Source: an uncultured Syntrophomonas sp.
Lineage (GTDB): Bacteria; Bacillota; Syntrophomonadia; Syntrophomonadales; Syntrophomonadaceae
Direction: 5' to 3'
Assembly (NCBI GenBank): GCA_964494735.1
Contig: CAZBSD010000004.1
Location: 10,988 to 74,987, forward strand
Length of the DNA stretch: 64,000 nucleotides
In this document: piece by piece, positions 17,735-26,894 of the stretch
Layout of the letters: the number at the start of each line of letters is the position of its first letter
How positions within the stretch are numbered: the stretch's first letter is position 1
Notes under the pieces: model-generated
The model's input: the letters and a program-made list of their open reading frames with translations, nothing else
Databases searched by the model: none
What the model was told of the DNA's origin: nothing
Made by a program: the position numbers and the translations under genes

Positions 17735-19060
17735 GTGGATTTGTTTTCGGCCGGAGATGAAAAGAACAAAGAGATGAGCGCTCCCCTGGCTTGGCGGATG
17801 CGTCCCCAAACCCTGGATGAGGTGGTGGGCCAAAGCCACGTGGTTCGGGCTGGGGCACCATTGCGGGTTGCTATTGAAAGAGATCAGCTGCACTCTTTTA
17901 TCCTCTACGGCCCGCCTGGCACTGGCAAGACCAGTATCGCCCGCATAATTGCGAGGATGACCAAGGCCCATTTCGAATATATGCAGGCGGTCACCGCCGG
18001 GGTTGGTGATATCCGCAAGATCGCCCGCGATGCCGCCGACCGGCAAAAATACTACCAGCTGCCCACCATCCTTTTTGTGGATGAGATCCATCGCTTCAAC
18101 AAAAGCCAACAAGATGTACTGCTGCCTTTTGTTGAGGACGGAACCCTTATCCTGATAGGGGCAACTACCGAAAACCCTCTCTACGAATTGAATACCGCCC
18201 TGCTCTCCCGACTTAAGCTCTATATCCTGGAAGCGTTGGATGCCCCAGCCATCAGCACAATAATTGTCAAGGCCTTGCAGGACCAGCAGAGCGGATTGGG
18301 AGGGCGCAATATCACTATCGAAGATGACGCTCTGAACCACATCGTGCAATCCTCTCAAGGTGACGCGCGCATGGCACTCAATATTCTTGATGCCATCAAC
18401 AACTCCTTCGGCACCAGCGATCACCCTCTGCTGATCACCTCCGATTTAGTGGTCAGAGTGACCGGCAAACTGATATTGAAATATGACCGGAGCGGAGATT
18501 ATCACTACGACACCATCTCCGCCTTCATAAAGAGCATTCGCGGTTCCGATCCGGACGCGGCCTTATATTGGATGGCGGTGATGCTGGAAGCCGGTGAAGA
18601 TCCCCGCTACATAGCGCGGCGCCTGATCGTGCATGCGGCTGAAGACATCGGTTTGGCAGATCCGAATGCCCTCTCCATGGCTACTGCAGCAGCTTCCGCA
18701 GTAGAATACGTCGGTCTCCCTGAAGCCCGCATCCCCCTGGCGGAAGCGGTCATATATCTCTCCACCGCCCCCAAAAGCAATAGCTCCAAAACCGCCATCG
18801 ACAGTGCCCTGGCTGCGGTACGCTCCAGCAACCGCATCAAGGTCCCTGCTCACTTGGGGGACACCTCCCACCGTTTGTCTGGTCCACTGCTGGGTAAGGG
18901 GACAGGCTACAAGTATCCGCATGACTTCGGGGGGTATGTTAAACAGGATTATCTGCCTCCTGAGTTGGGCCAGGTGTCTTTTTACCAACCAGGCAGCAAC
19001 GGTCACGAAAAAGAGATACAGCGGTATCTGGAAACAATTCGCCGCCAAAATAAAAGGTGA
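17735..19060 (+). CDS. rarA: replication-associated recombination protein A (AAA+ ATPase RarA/MgsA)
   Basis: [17 protein letters not shown], Walker [10 protein letters not shown], Walker [13 protein letters not shown], and a MgsA C-terminal domain ([22 protein letters not shown]). GTG start 8 nt after GGAGG. Confidence 0.9.
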   Translation: MDLFSAGDEKNKEMSAPLAWRMRPQTLDEVVGQSHVVRAGAPLRVAIERDQLHSFILYGPPGTGKTSIARIIARMTKAHFEYMQAVTAGVGDIRKIARDAADRQKYYQLPTILFVDEIHRFNKSQQDVLLPFVEDGTLILIGATTENPLYELNTALLSRLKLYILEALDAPAISTIIVKALQDQQSGLGGRNITIEDDALNHIVQSSQGDARMALNILDAINNSFGTSDHPLLITSDLVVRVTGKLILKYDRSGDYHYDTISAFIKSIRGSDPDAALYWMAVMLEAGEDPRYIARRLIVHAAEDIGLADPNALSMATAAASAVEYVGLPEARIPLAEAVIYLSTAPKSNSSKTAIDSALAAVRSSNRIKVPAHLGDTSHRLSGPLLGKGTGYKYPHDFGGYVKQDYLPPELGQVSFYQPGSNGHEKEIQRYLETIRRQNKR

Positions 19061-19111
19061 CCGTCAATCACACGACGATCACCCTATCAAACCCTAGTAT
19101 TTTTTTGACCC

Positions 19112-19438
19112 TTAACCTACTACCTCATCGATAGTCTTCTGGAGCTGACTCTTGTTCTGCCCCCCAACGATCCGCTTAACCTCTTGCCCCCCTTTGAAGA
19201 AGAGCAGGGTCGGAATGCTGCGCACGCTAAACTGAGCTGCCAACGAAGGATTCTCGTCTACATTCAATTTGCCGACTTCTATCTTCTGGACATTTTCATC
19301 AGCCAGGACCTCGACCACCGGGCCAATCATCTTACAGGGACCGCACCAAGGTGCCCAGAAATCAACCAAGACCGGTTTCTCCGCCTTCATAACATCATTC
19401 TCGAAGTTGTCGCCAGTTATAATCTTAACATTGGACAT
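19112..19438 (-). CDS. trxA: thioredoxin
   Basis: WAPWCGPCK active site. Start at the second ATG (19438), 8 nt after AAGGAGG. It lies 19 nt downstream of csoR. Confidence 0.9.
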   Translation of the reverse strand: MSNVKIITGDNFENDVMKAEKPVLVDFWAPWCGPCKMIGPVVEVLADENVQKIEVGKLNVDENPSLAAQFSVRSIPTLLFFKGGQEVKRIVGGQNKSQLQKTIDEVVG

Positions 19439-19457
19439 AATCATTACCTCCTTGTAT

Positions 19458-19721
19458 CTATTTAATAAATCTACCCATTACCTTAACCATCTCTTCAAAA
19501 CTCTGGTCACTTTTGCCTTGCTGCAGCGACCTGGCGATACAATCCTGGGCGTGGCTCTCGAAGATGATAACCCCGGCCTGGTGCACAGCCGATTTAATGG
19601 CTGCTATCTGATTGAGGATTTCACTGCAGTCGGCTTCTTCCTCTATCATCCGCTGCACACCGCGCACCTGTCCCTCGATACGTTTCAACCGTGATATCAC
19701 TTTTCTTTTTTCGGTTTTCAT
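19458..19721 (-). CDS. csoR: CsoR/RcnR-family metal-sensing transcriptional repressor
   Basis: 87 aa. RLKRIEGQVRGVQRMIEEEADC..ILNQIAAIKSAV..ESHAQDC fits the family, with C-H-C ligand positions (DC ... HxxxC). Confidence 0.85.
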   Translation of the reverse strand: MKTEKRKVISRLKRIEGQVRGVQRMIEEEADCSEILNQIAAIKSAVHQAGVIIFESHAQDCIARSLQQGKSDQSFEEMVKVMGRFIK

Positions 19722-19735
19722 CAGGTCACCTCATT

Positions 19736-19752
19736 ATACCCTGCACGGGTAT
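19736..19752. promoter_or_regulatory. candidate CsoR operator (perfect 6-5-6 palindrome)
   Basis: ATACCC-TGCAC-GGGTAT lies between the promoter and the csoR start. It resembles GC-cored CsoR operators of the TACCC..GGGTA type. Confidence 0.55.
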
Positions 19753-19762
19753 GGTTGATAAT

Positions 19763-19792
19763 ATTATAGGTGGAGAGCGCATTCTCTGTCAA
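19763..19792 (-). promoter_or_regulatory. sigma-A type promoter for csoR-trxA
   Basis: The minus strand reads TTGACA (19792..19787), an 18-nt spacer, then TATAAT (19768..19763). Both hexamers are consensus. Confidence 0.6.
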
Positions 19793-19877
19793 CCTGAACG
19801 AGATCTTCCAGTCCCTTGCACTGACAGACAAAGAGCAGTTGCTGTCAACCGCTCCTTTCAATGACCTCTTCAATAAT

Positions 19878-19985
19878 TTATCTCCATGCTGTTAGAAATA
19901 TTCCTATCCCCGCTCCCATGGCAATGACAAACCAAAACGCCGTCCTTAATATCTCATGCTTCACTTGTTTGGCCAGTTGTTCCAC
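19878..19985 (-). CDS. possible 35-aa membrane peptide
   Basis: GTG start 6 nt after AAAGGGGA. My translation is VEQLAKQVKHEILRTAFWFVIAMGAGIGIFLTAWR, with one TM helix. A possible promoter AAGACA-17-TATAAT lies near 20050..20078. No homology evidence. Confidence 0.25.
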   Translation of the reverse strand: MEQLAKQVKHEILRTAFWFVIAMGAGIGIFLTAWR

Positions 19986-20117
19986 CGTAATTCCCCTTTC
20001 CGCGAGTATGTATTTCCACGTATAAATCCCCTTGATCGTATAGAATTATACTGCAAAAATCATGACTTGTCTTGTCGCGGGTAAATCAGCGGCCGAAAAC
20101 ATCTATCCACCAGCCTC

Positions 20118-20591
20118 TCAACCCATTCCTTTTATGGCCGGTTTGATATGCCCGGGATCCACTTCAATCAGGGCATAACTGCCTTGACCCGAGAATCGCG
20201 GTCGGGACGGACTGCCTGGGTTGATCATCCAGATATCACCCATTCTTTCGCAGAAGGGATTATGGGTATGGCCAAAAACCACCACATCCGCTTCCATCGC
20301 GGCGGCATAATAATAAAGGCGGTTGAGGGTCTTCTTAACCCCGTGCTGGTGACCGTGGATCAACAAAAAGCGATGCCCTGCAAGATCCAGCAATACTTGC
20401 TGTTGATCACGGTGAATCGCATCGCTGTTGCCGGAAACGATAGCGGCGTCGAGTTGGAGCCTTTTGGCTATTGCGCGACCATCGCGGTAAAAGTCGCCGG
20501 CGAATAGCAGGTAGTCAGGTTTTGCCACGGTCAACCGCGCAATAATCGCGTCAGTCTGACCATGGGTGTCTGACACCGCCGCAATCAACAA
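20118..20591 (-). CDS. YfcE/YsnB-like metallophosphoesterase
   Basis: Motifs AVSDTHG, FAGDF, GNSD, HGH and FGHTH. TTG start just after the rdgB stop. This matches the B. subtilis rph-ysnA-ysnB order. Confidence 0.8.
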   Translation of the reverse strand: MLIAAVSDTHGQTDAIIARLTVAKPDYLLFAGDFYRDGRAIAKRLQLDAAIVSGNSDAIHRDQQQVLLDLAGHRFLLIHGHQHGVKKTLNRLYYYAAAMEADVVVFGHTHNPFCERMGDIWMINPGSPSRPRFSGQGSYALIEVDPGHIKPAIKGMG

Positions 20592-20593
20592 AC

Positions 20594-21202
20594 CTATCCC
20601 TCCGTCTCCAGATATCGATACAGAACCGGTTTGGCCTTCTGCAAAGCCCGTCCGCGATGGCTGATCTCGTTCTTTATCTCTTCGCCCAGTTCCGCGAACG
20701 TCTGATGGTAGCCGACCGGTACGAAGAGAGGATCATAACCGAAACCCTGCTCTCCCCGGGGCTGCTCTATTATCCGGCCTTCGCAGATCCCCTGGACGGA
20801 ATCCACTCTACCGCCGGGTATTGCCACCGCAATCGCACATACAAATCTGGCTGTACGTTGGGCGGCTGGAATCCCGTTCAACAGTTCTAATAATTTGGCG
20901 TTATTATCCTGGTCACTGCAGTTGGGACCCGCGAACCGGGCCGAAAATATGCCTGGTGATCCATCCAGGGCGTCAACCATCAGCCCGGAATCATCCGCAA
21001 TGGTGACTCGTCCGCTCAATTCAGCCATAGTGCGGGCTTTCTTGATGGCGTTCTCAGCAAACGTGGCTCCATCTTCCTCCACCTCCGGCAAACCTTTAAT
21101 ATGGTCCAGACTGAGCAGGCTGACATTCCCGTCGGCTAGAATCTCCTGCAGCTCGGCCAGTTTGGCGCGGTTTCTAGTAGCTATCAGCAATTCCCGGGCC
21201 AT
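20594..21202 (-). CDS. rdgB: XTP/dITP diphosphatase (RdgB/HAM1 family)
   Basis: [13 protein letters not shown].., ..ADDSGL.VDAL.G.PG..SAR.., ..GFGYDPLF.. Start at ATG 21202. Confidence 0.85.
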   Translation of the reverse strand: MARELLIATRNRAKLAELQEILADGNVSLLSLDHIKGLPEVEEDGATFAENAIKKARTMAELSGRVTIADDSGLMVDALDGSPGIFSARFAGPNCSDQDNNAKLLELLNGIPAAQRTARFVCAIAVAIPGGRVDSVQGICEGRIIEQPRGEQGFGYDPLFVPVGYHQTFAELGEEIKNEISHRGRALQKAKPVLYRYLETEG

Positions 21203-21929
21203 GACCAAAGCCCTTTCCAATTATATTCGATTGCAGGGCTATTGTTTCCTGGATCCCCTTTTCCGCCAAGGCCAACATCTGGTCCAATTGAGCTTTGCTG
21301 TAGGGGTTCCCTTCGGCAGTTCCCTGCACTTCCACGAAGTCGCCCCGGCCAGTCATGACTACATTCATATCTACATCAGCTCTGGAATCCTCTATGTATT
21401 CAAGATCCAACACGATTTCTCCATCCACCATACCAACGCTGGTAGCGGCCACATAATCGAGAATGGGCAGCTCATTTATGATGGCTTCCGCCTGGAGCTT
21501 CATCAAGGCCAGGCATAACGCCACGAAAGCCCCGCTTATGGCAGCCGTGCGGGTACCCCCATCAGCCTGCAGGACGTCGCAATCGATCCATATGGTGCGC
21601 TCTCCCAGTGCCTTAAGGTCGACAACGGCTCGCAGGGACCTCCCTATCAAGCGCTGGATCTCCGAGGTCCGACCGGTTATTTTGCCTTTGGACGCCTCCC
21701 TTTGGGTTCTTGTTTCGGTCGATGAAGGCAGCAGGGAATACTCCGCCGTCACCCATCCCGAACCGGTCCCTTTGAGAAATGAGGGTACCTTGGGTTCGAT
21801 CATGGCGGAGCATAACACCATGGTATCCCCGGTCTGTACCAATACCGAACCATCAGGATTTTTCGTAAAACCTGGAGTGAAACGGACTTGCCGCATCTCA
21901 TCGTTTTGCCGGTTGTTGGGTCTGGTCAT
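21174..21929 (-). CDS. rph: ribonuclease PH
   Basis: Start at ATG 21929 after AGGAGGA. Sequence: [58 protein letters not shown]...[14 protein letters not shown]. It overlaps the rdgB start by 29 nt. Confidence 0.9.
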   Translation of the reverse strand: MTRPNNRQNDEMRQVRFTPGFTKNPDGSVLVQTGDTMVLCSAMIEPKVPSFLKGTGSGWVTAEYSLLPSSTETRTQREASKGKITGRTSEIQRLIGRSLRAVVDLKALGERTIWIDCDVLQADGGTRTAAISGAFVALCLALMKLQAEAIINELPILDYVAATSVGMVDGEIVLDLEYIEDSRADVDMNVVMTGRGDFVEVQGTAEGNPYSKAQLDQMLALAEKGIQETIALQSNIIGKGFGHGPGIADSY

Positions 21930-21939
21930 AATTTCCTCC

Positions 21940-22473
21940 TTACCTTTTCTTGAGATCATAAATATCGCGGCCGAAGGCATCTATGGCCACAACGCAGGGA
22001 AAATCACTCACTTCCAGTCGGTGGACAGCCTCTGGACCCAAGTCCGCATAGGCTACTACCTTAACGGAAATAATCCTCCGCGCCAGATAGGCGCCGGCAC
22101 CACCCACCGCCGCCAGGTAGACCGCCCCAAACTTTTGCATGGCGTGTTTAACCAATTGGTCCCGCTCGCCTTTGCCAATCATTACTTTTAGTCCGCGTTC
22201 AATGAGCAGAGGAGCGTAGGGGTCCATCCTGCCGGAGGTAGTCGGCCCAGCCGAACCAATCACCCGTCCGGGCCGCGCCGGACTGGGACCGGTGTAGTAC
22301 AGAACTTGACCCTCGGGATCGAAGGGCAGGGATTGCCCGGCCCGGATGGCCTCCACCATCCTCTGGTGAGCGGCATCACGGGCGGTATAGACAGTGCCAT
22401 TGACCAACACCGCATCGCCTGCGACCAACTCTAATATGTCTTCCTGTCGTACCGGAGCCTCTATCACTTTCAT
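21940..22473 (-). CDS. class I (Fe-S) fumarate/tartrate hydro-lyase, beta subunit
   Basis: ..[14 protein letters not shown].., ..[24 protein letters not shown].., KVMIGKGER. Confidence 0.8.
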   Translation of the reverse strand: MKVIEAPVRQEDILELVAGDAVLVNGTVYTARDAAHQRMVEAIRAGQSLPFDPEGQVLYYTGPSPARPGRVIGSAGPTTSGRMDPYAPLLIERGLKVMIGKGERDQLVKHAMQKFGAVYLAAVGGAGAYLARRIISVKVVAYADLGPEAVHRLEVSDFPCVVAIDAFGRDIYDLKKR

Positions 22474-22563
22474 TATCCATACTCCTGCCATTATCTGGAT
22501 CGCGAGCCAGGTTCGATCCTGTCGAGCTTATCCGCCCTGACCCATTTCGCCGGTATGGCTCAT

Positions 22564-23406
22564 TTATAAGTCGACAGTGATCCGGCGGGTAGAATTGCAT
22601 CCCAGGTTGACAGCTACCGGCAAGCTGGCCATATGTGTCGGATAGGTCTCGATGTTCACCACCAGGGCGGTATTTTCCCCACCCAAACCCTGCACTCCAA
22701 CGCCCAAACCATTTATCTTTTGCAGCATCTCAGCCTCCAGCGCAGCCATATCGGGACGGGGATTCGGCTGCCCGATTGGGCGCAGCAAAGCATGCTTGGC
22801 CATAAGGGCGGCTTTCTCCATGTTACCACCGATTCCAACCCCGACCACCATGGGTGGGCAGGGATTGCCACCCGCTTCCCGGACCACTTTGAGGATGAAC
22901 TCCTTAACTCCATCGACTCCCGCGGCCGGTTTAAGCATGGCCAGCTGACCCATGTTTTCACTGCCGGCGCCTTTGGCCGAAATCAAAATCCGCATCCTAT
23001 CACCTTCTACAAGACGGATATGGATTATGGCCGGGGTATTGTCGTTGGTATTGATCCGCTCGAAGGGATCCCTTACTATCGATTTGCGCAGGAATCCCCG
23101 CTGGTATCCATCCCGGACTCCCTGGTTGATGGCCTCCTCCAAAGAACCGCCCACGACCTGAACACCTTGTCCCAACTCTATGTATGCTACTATCATACCG
23201 GTGTCCTGGCACAAGGGTACTTGATCCTGGGCAGCGATAGCGGCATTTTCCAACAACACCTGGAGACTTTGGCGGGCTGTCGGATTGGTTTCTCTGCTCA
23301 GGGCTGCCTCCAAACCATTTTGGATGTCCGCGGGCAGGTAGGTGTTGACCCTGATGACCGCTGCCGAGACGGCCTGTTGGATGGTATCAACCGCTATGGT
23401 TCGCAT
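22564..23406 (-). CDS. class I (Fe-S) fumarate/tartrate hydro-lyase, alpha subunit
   Basis: Start at ATG 23406 after GAGGAGAAGG. Motifs ..VPLCQDTGM..V, ..RKSIVRDP and ..KGAGSENM. Confidence 0.8.
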   Translation of the reverse strand: MRTIAVDTIQQAVSAAVIRVNTYLPADIQNGLEAALSRETNPTARQSLQVLLENAAIAAQDQVPLCQDTGMIVAYIELGQGVQVVGGSLEEAINQGVRDGYQRGFLRKSIVRDPFERINTNDNTPAIIHIRLVEGDRMRILISAKGAGSENMGQLAMLKPAAGVDGVKEFILKVVREAGGNPCPPMVVGVGIGGNMEKAALMAKHALLRPIGQPNPRPDMAALEAEMLQKINGLGVGVQGLGGENTALVVNIETYPTHMASLPVAVNLGCNSTRRITVDL

Positions 23407-24241
23407 AGCCTTCTCCTCTTCGCCCAGGCTTAATCTTATCGCTGTCCATGCTGTGCTTGCGGACCGTGTCGATCGCATCTCCGATCAGTATGCGGCCCAC
23501 CTTATAAAAAAAATCAGGGTCACCGCTGACAAAATAACTGCGGGTTGCAGCCGGCTGGTCGTTATTCATCAGGCCCCGAACGGTTAGGATATCAATAAGT
23601 TCAGCCACCGTCTCCTCGGCAGGGTCGACCAGGGCTACCCCGGGACCAGCCAGCTCCGCGATTACCGGTGCCAGGAAGGGATAGTGGGTGCAGCCCATCA
23701 CCAGGGTGTCTATCCCTTCTTCCAGCAAGGGTGTTATATATTCGCGTACCGCTTGCCTGGTGGCAGATCCGTCCAGCAATCCGCTCTCTACCAGCGGGAC
23801 AAATTGGGTGCAGGCGGTGGAATGTATCACACAGCTGGAGTCGATGGACTTTATGGCTTTGGTGTATGATCCGCTGTTCACACTGGCCTGGGTGGCTATA
23901 ACACCAATTCTGCCATTGCGGGTGGCCTTAACCGCTGCCCGGGCTCCCGGCTTGACCACTCCTAACAGCGGAACCCGGCAGGAACTCTCCATCTCCGGTA
24001 AAGTCACCGAGGAATGGGTTCCACAAGCGACCACAATGCCCTTGACATCATGACCGAGCAGGAAATCGGTGATGTCGTATGCGTATCCAAACAATTGCTG
24101 CCGGGTTTTGGTGCCGTAGGGCACGTTGGCGGTATCGCCGTAATATACAAAACTCTCCCCCGGCAGTTTGTCTATCAAGGTTCTTACTACGGTCAGCCCA
24201 CCTACCCCGGAATCGAAAACGCCGATGGGTCTGCTATCCAA
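23387..24241 (-). CDS. murI: glutamate racemase
   Basis: PIGVFDSGVGGLTV, two catalytic Cys contexts (VVACGT.. and VMGCTHYP). Start moved to TTG 24241 (SD GGAG 8 nt upstream), so the start codon is uncertain. Its end overlaps the fumarase alpha start by 20 nt. Confidence 0.85.
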   Translation of the reverse strand: MDSRPIGVFDSGVGGLTVVRTLIDKLPGESFVYYGDTANVPYGTKTRQQLFGYAYDITDFLLGHDVKGIVVACGTHSSVTLPEMESSCRVPLLGVVKPGARAAVKATRNGRIGVIATQASVNSGSYTKAIKSIDSSCVIHSTACTQFVPLVESGLLDGSATRQAVREYITPLLEEGIDTLVMGCTHYPFLAPVIAELAGPGVALVDPAEETVAELIDILTVRGLMNNDQPAATRSYFVSGDPDFFYKVGRILIGDAIDTVRKHSMDSDKIKPGRRGEGYANHSG

Positions 24242-24366
24242 ATCAAACACTCCATTCAATCGATCGGACCGTCGGGTATTTTCGCATCCAGGTACAATCC
24301 ATTAAATACTGTATCACTTTTATACTTCTTATTCCAGTTCAGGCCAGCGGAGACCAGACAATATTA

Positions 24367-24397
24367 GGAGAAGCCCGGGTTTGCTCCCTGCTTCTCC
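24367..24397 (-). terminator. hairpin downstream of gerM-like gene (weak terminator)
   Basis: GGAGAAGC-N15-GCTTCTCC is an 8-bp stem. The trailing U-tract is poor (TAATATTGT). Confidence 0.35.
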
Positions 24398-24429
24398 TTC
24401 AACACATATTCTCTTTTGTACCTGAAATC

Positions 24430-25023
24430 TTATTTATGGTGGTAGGGGGCCAGCACCGGTTGGCTTATATCAACTGTTCCTAAAACCCTGACCTTCTCTC
24501 CATCCACCAGAAAACTTACTTCCCGCACACTCGAAAACTGCCCCAATGTGTCAGCTATGGCCTGAACCATCAATTCACCCTGCTGAGGACTGTTGACCTG
24601 GTTCGCCTCTCGGCTGAGATCGACTATACACAGACCGTCCGACTTGATATTGATATCCAGAAGCTGGGTTCCAGCCGGAACAACTGCCTGCAATCCCTGT
24701 CTTGTCGGCCCCTTGAGCAATTCATGCATGGTCTGGCGGGCAATGCCCTCTACTTTCTCGATGCTGCGTTGCTCTAACACCAGTTGTTTGGTTTGACTGT
24801 CAACAAAATAGAGGTTTACAACCATCTGCTCGACGGCAGGACTGATCAAATCCGGGATCATGGCTGGTTGATCGCTCGATTTGCTGTTATCGCCTATCAC
24901 CGGTATCTTGAACATGTCTTTCCAGGATTCCACCTTACTGTCATCGATACGGGAACACCCCCCGCTGATCAGGCATACTGCCAAAACTGCCATAGCCATG
25001 GTCATCATGAATTTTTTGGTCAT
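24430..25023 (-). CDS. gerM: GerMN-domain lipoprotein (GerM-like)
   Basis: Lipobox LISGGC. The GerMN-like core reads VNLYFVDSQ..LV.EQR.I....GIARQTMHELLKGP.. Strong SD. Confidence 0.75.
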   Translation of the reverse strand: MTKKFMMTMAMAVLAVCLISGGCSRIDDSKVESWKDMFKIPVIGDNSKSSDQPAMIPDLISPAVEQMVVNLYFVDSQTKQLVLEQRSIEKVEGIARQTMHELLKGPTRQGLQAVVPAGTQLLDINIKSDGLCIVDLSREANQVNSPQQGELMVQAIADTLGQFSSVREVSFLVDGEKVRVLGTVDISQPVLAPYHHK

Positions 25024-25152
25024 TTCTACTATCCCCCCCTTTTACTTCCTAGAAAAAAATATGAGCCAAGCTCGGGATTTATTACCCTAAATTAAAGGCG
25101 CTTGGCACTGTCAGGCCAATCTGCTATCCTATCATGCAAAGGAGTGGTAAAA

Positions 25153-26034
25153 ATGCGTTACGAAGGCACTGTCTACCGGCCACCCAGCGAAGCGGGAAGC
25201 CTGCTGATCCAGGCTACCATCGGCTGTCCCCACAATAAATGCACCTTCTGTTCGATGTACAAGAATACACGTTTTCGGATACGTCCGGTGGAAGATATCA
25301 AGGAAGATCTGGTAACGGCCCGGTCCTATTACGGCCCGTACGTCGAATCCATCTTCTTCCCTGACGGTAACACGATAATAATGAAGACCGATCAACTGCT
25401 GGAAATTCTCCGTTTTGCACATGAGTTGTTCCCCGAATTACAAAGGATAACCATTTACGGTTCAGCCCGCTTTGTGAACAAAAAGAGCGGGGCAGATCTG
25501 AGGCAGCTTAATGAGGCAGGCCTGACCAGGATTCATATGGGCATGGAAAGCGGTGATGATGTCACCCTGCAGAGGATATACAAAGGGGTCACGGCGGCTG
25601 AGATTATTACCGCCGGGCAAAAACTAAAGCAAGCTGGCATAGAAGTCAGTGAGTATTATCTGGTGGGGATTGCGGGTGAATCCAGGTGGCGCGAACATGC
25701 CGAAAACAGCGCCCGGGTATTGAATGCGATATGCCCCCAATTCATCAGATTGCGGACCTTCGCGCCGGAATACAAGACACCGATCATGGATGAGATCGAT
25801 GACGGGACTTTTAAGTTGTTGAGCCCCCATGAGGCCCTTTTGGAGATCCGGGTATTGATTGAAAACCTGCAATGCGACAGCGGCATGGTAGTCAGCGATC
25901 ACATCTCCAATTACTGGAACATCAATGGTCATCTACCCCATGACCGGGACAAAATGTTGGCGGAGATCGACAAAGCCCTGCAAATAGAAGAGTCACGCTT
26001 CCGCACCCCGGATATGCACCACCCAACTTTGTAG
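25153..26034 (+). CDS. radical SAM protein (function unknown)
   Basis: Start at ATG 25153 after AAGGAG. Sequence MRYEGTVYRPPSEAGSLLIQATIGCPHNKCTFCSMY carries the Cys cluster, spaced CX4CX2C here. A GMESGDD glycine-rich motif follows. Confidence 0.75.
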   Translation: MRYEGTVYRPPSEAGSLLIQATIGCPHNKCTFCSMYKNTRFRIRPVEDIKEDLVTARSYYGPYVESIFFPDGNTIIMKTDQLLEILRFAHELFPELQRITIYGSARFVNKKSGADLRQLNEAGLTRIHMGMESGDDVTLQRIYKGVTAAEIITAGQKLKQAGIEVSEYYLVGIAGESRWREHAENSARVLNAICPQFIRLRTFAPEYKTPIMDEIDDGTFKLLSPHEALLEIRVLIENLQCDSGMVVSDHISNYWNINGHLPHDRDKMLAEIDKALQIEESRFRTPDMHHPTL

Positions 26035-26084
26035 TAAGTGCTGCAAAAAAACAAGGAGTCGGTTTTATGGAACGACTCCTTCAG

Positions 26085-26221
26085 GGTGTCAAACAAGTTG
26101 CATTCAGGCAGACCGAGCAAAAAAGGCATTCGGGAGCCCCGTGATTAAGGCGTGCATGAGGTACGTCGATTGAACGGGGATTTCGTATTAACGCAGCTAT
26201 GGGCCTTTTTTGACAGTCTGA
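26085..26221. repeat. copy 2 of the structured intergenic repeat (carries a 12-nt deletion)
   Basis: Seven substitutions relative to copy 1 by hand alignment. It lacks TTAGAGCAAGGC, which in copy 1 lies between two AAGGC direct repeats. It sits between the convergent radical SAM and DUF1285 genes. Confidence 0.85.
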
Positions 26222-26378
26222 AGGGATCGTCCTTATGGAACGACCCCTTGGTGATTGCATCAACATTCATCTATGATTTTGGTGTACAGCCCATCTAATG
26301 CCCTAAATCATGGCTGCTGGTATTAATCGACTGGATTCAACGAGGTCAGCCGGGGCTAGAGCATTGAAGGTCAGGCCC

Positions 26379-26804
26379 CTACTGCTCCCTTATGGCCGAG
26401 GGTGGAACGATGTATACATCATCGCCACGATGGTCGAAATACTCGCTTAACTTCCAGTATACCCCTCGACTCAAGCGGGTATCACCTTCATATTGATAGG
26501 ATATGTATGGGACGTCGCCCTTAAAAAACAATTTGATCTCGTGCTCCAGGATCATCTCCTGCAGGTCGTGAAAGACCAGGGTAATCGGCATCTCGCTGTC
26601 TTTGATGCCGCTAGCTAGATACGGGACGTCCTCCACTATCACCGGATTTTCTTCTTGACCCATCTTTATGAAATAACTGCCGTCATCCCGGCGGCACATG
26701 TTCTTGGCCAGTATATTCAGAATCTGACGCCGGAACATTTCTGCCTGGCCAAAATACCATTTGCCGTTTGCTTTGATCGTGATGTCCTGCACCCATTCTT
26801 CCAT
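26379..26804 (-). CDS. DUF1285-like protein
   Basis: ATG 26804, 9 nt after AAAGGAGG. ..ANGKWYFGQAEMFRRQILNILAKNM.RRDDGSYFIKMGQEENPVIVEDVPYL.. fits the DUF1285 pattern as I recall it. Confidence 0.6.
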   Translation of the reverse strand: MEEWVQDITIKANGKWYFGQAEMFRRQILNILAKNMCRRDDGSYFIKMGQEENPVIVEDVPYLASGIKDSEMPITLVFHDLQEMILEHEIKLFFKGDVPYISYQYEGDTRLSRGVYWKLSEYFDHRGDDVYIVPPSAIREQ

Positions 26805-26894
26805 GTACAAGTTCCTCCTTTGACCATCCCTATGCGTTCGGACCGCATGCTAAGATATTCTATCCCGGTCCGCTAATTCCTGCTACATTTGTTC

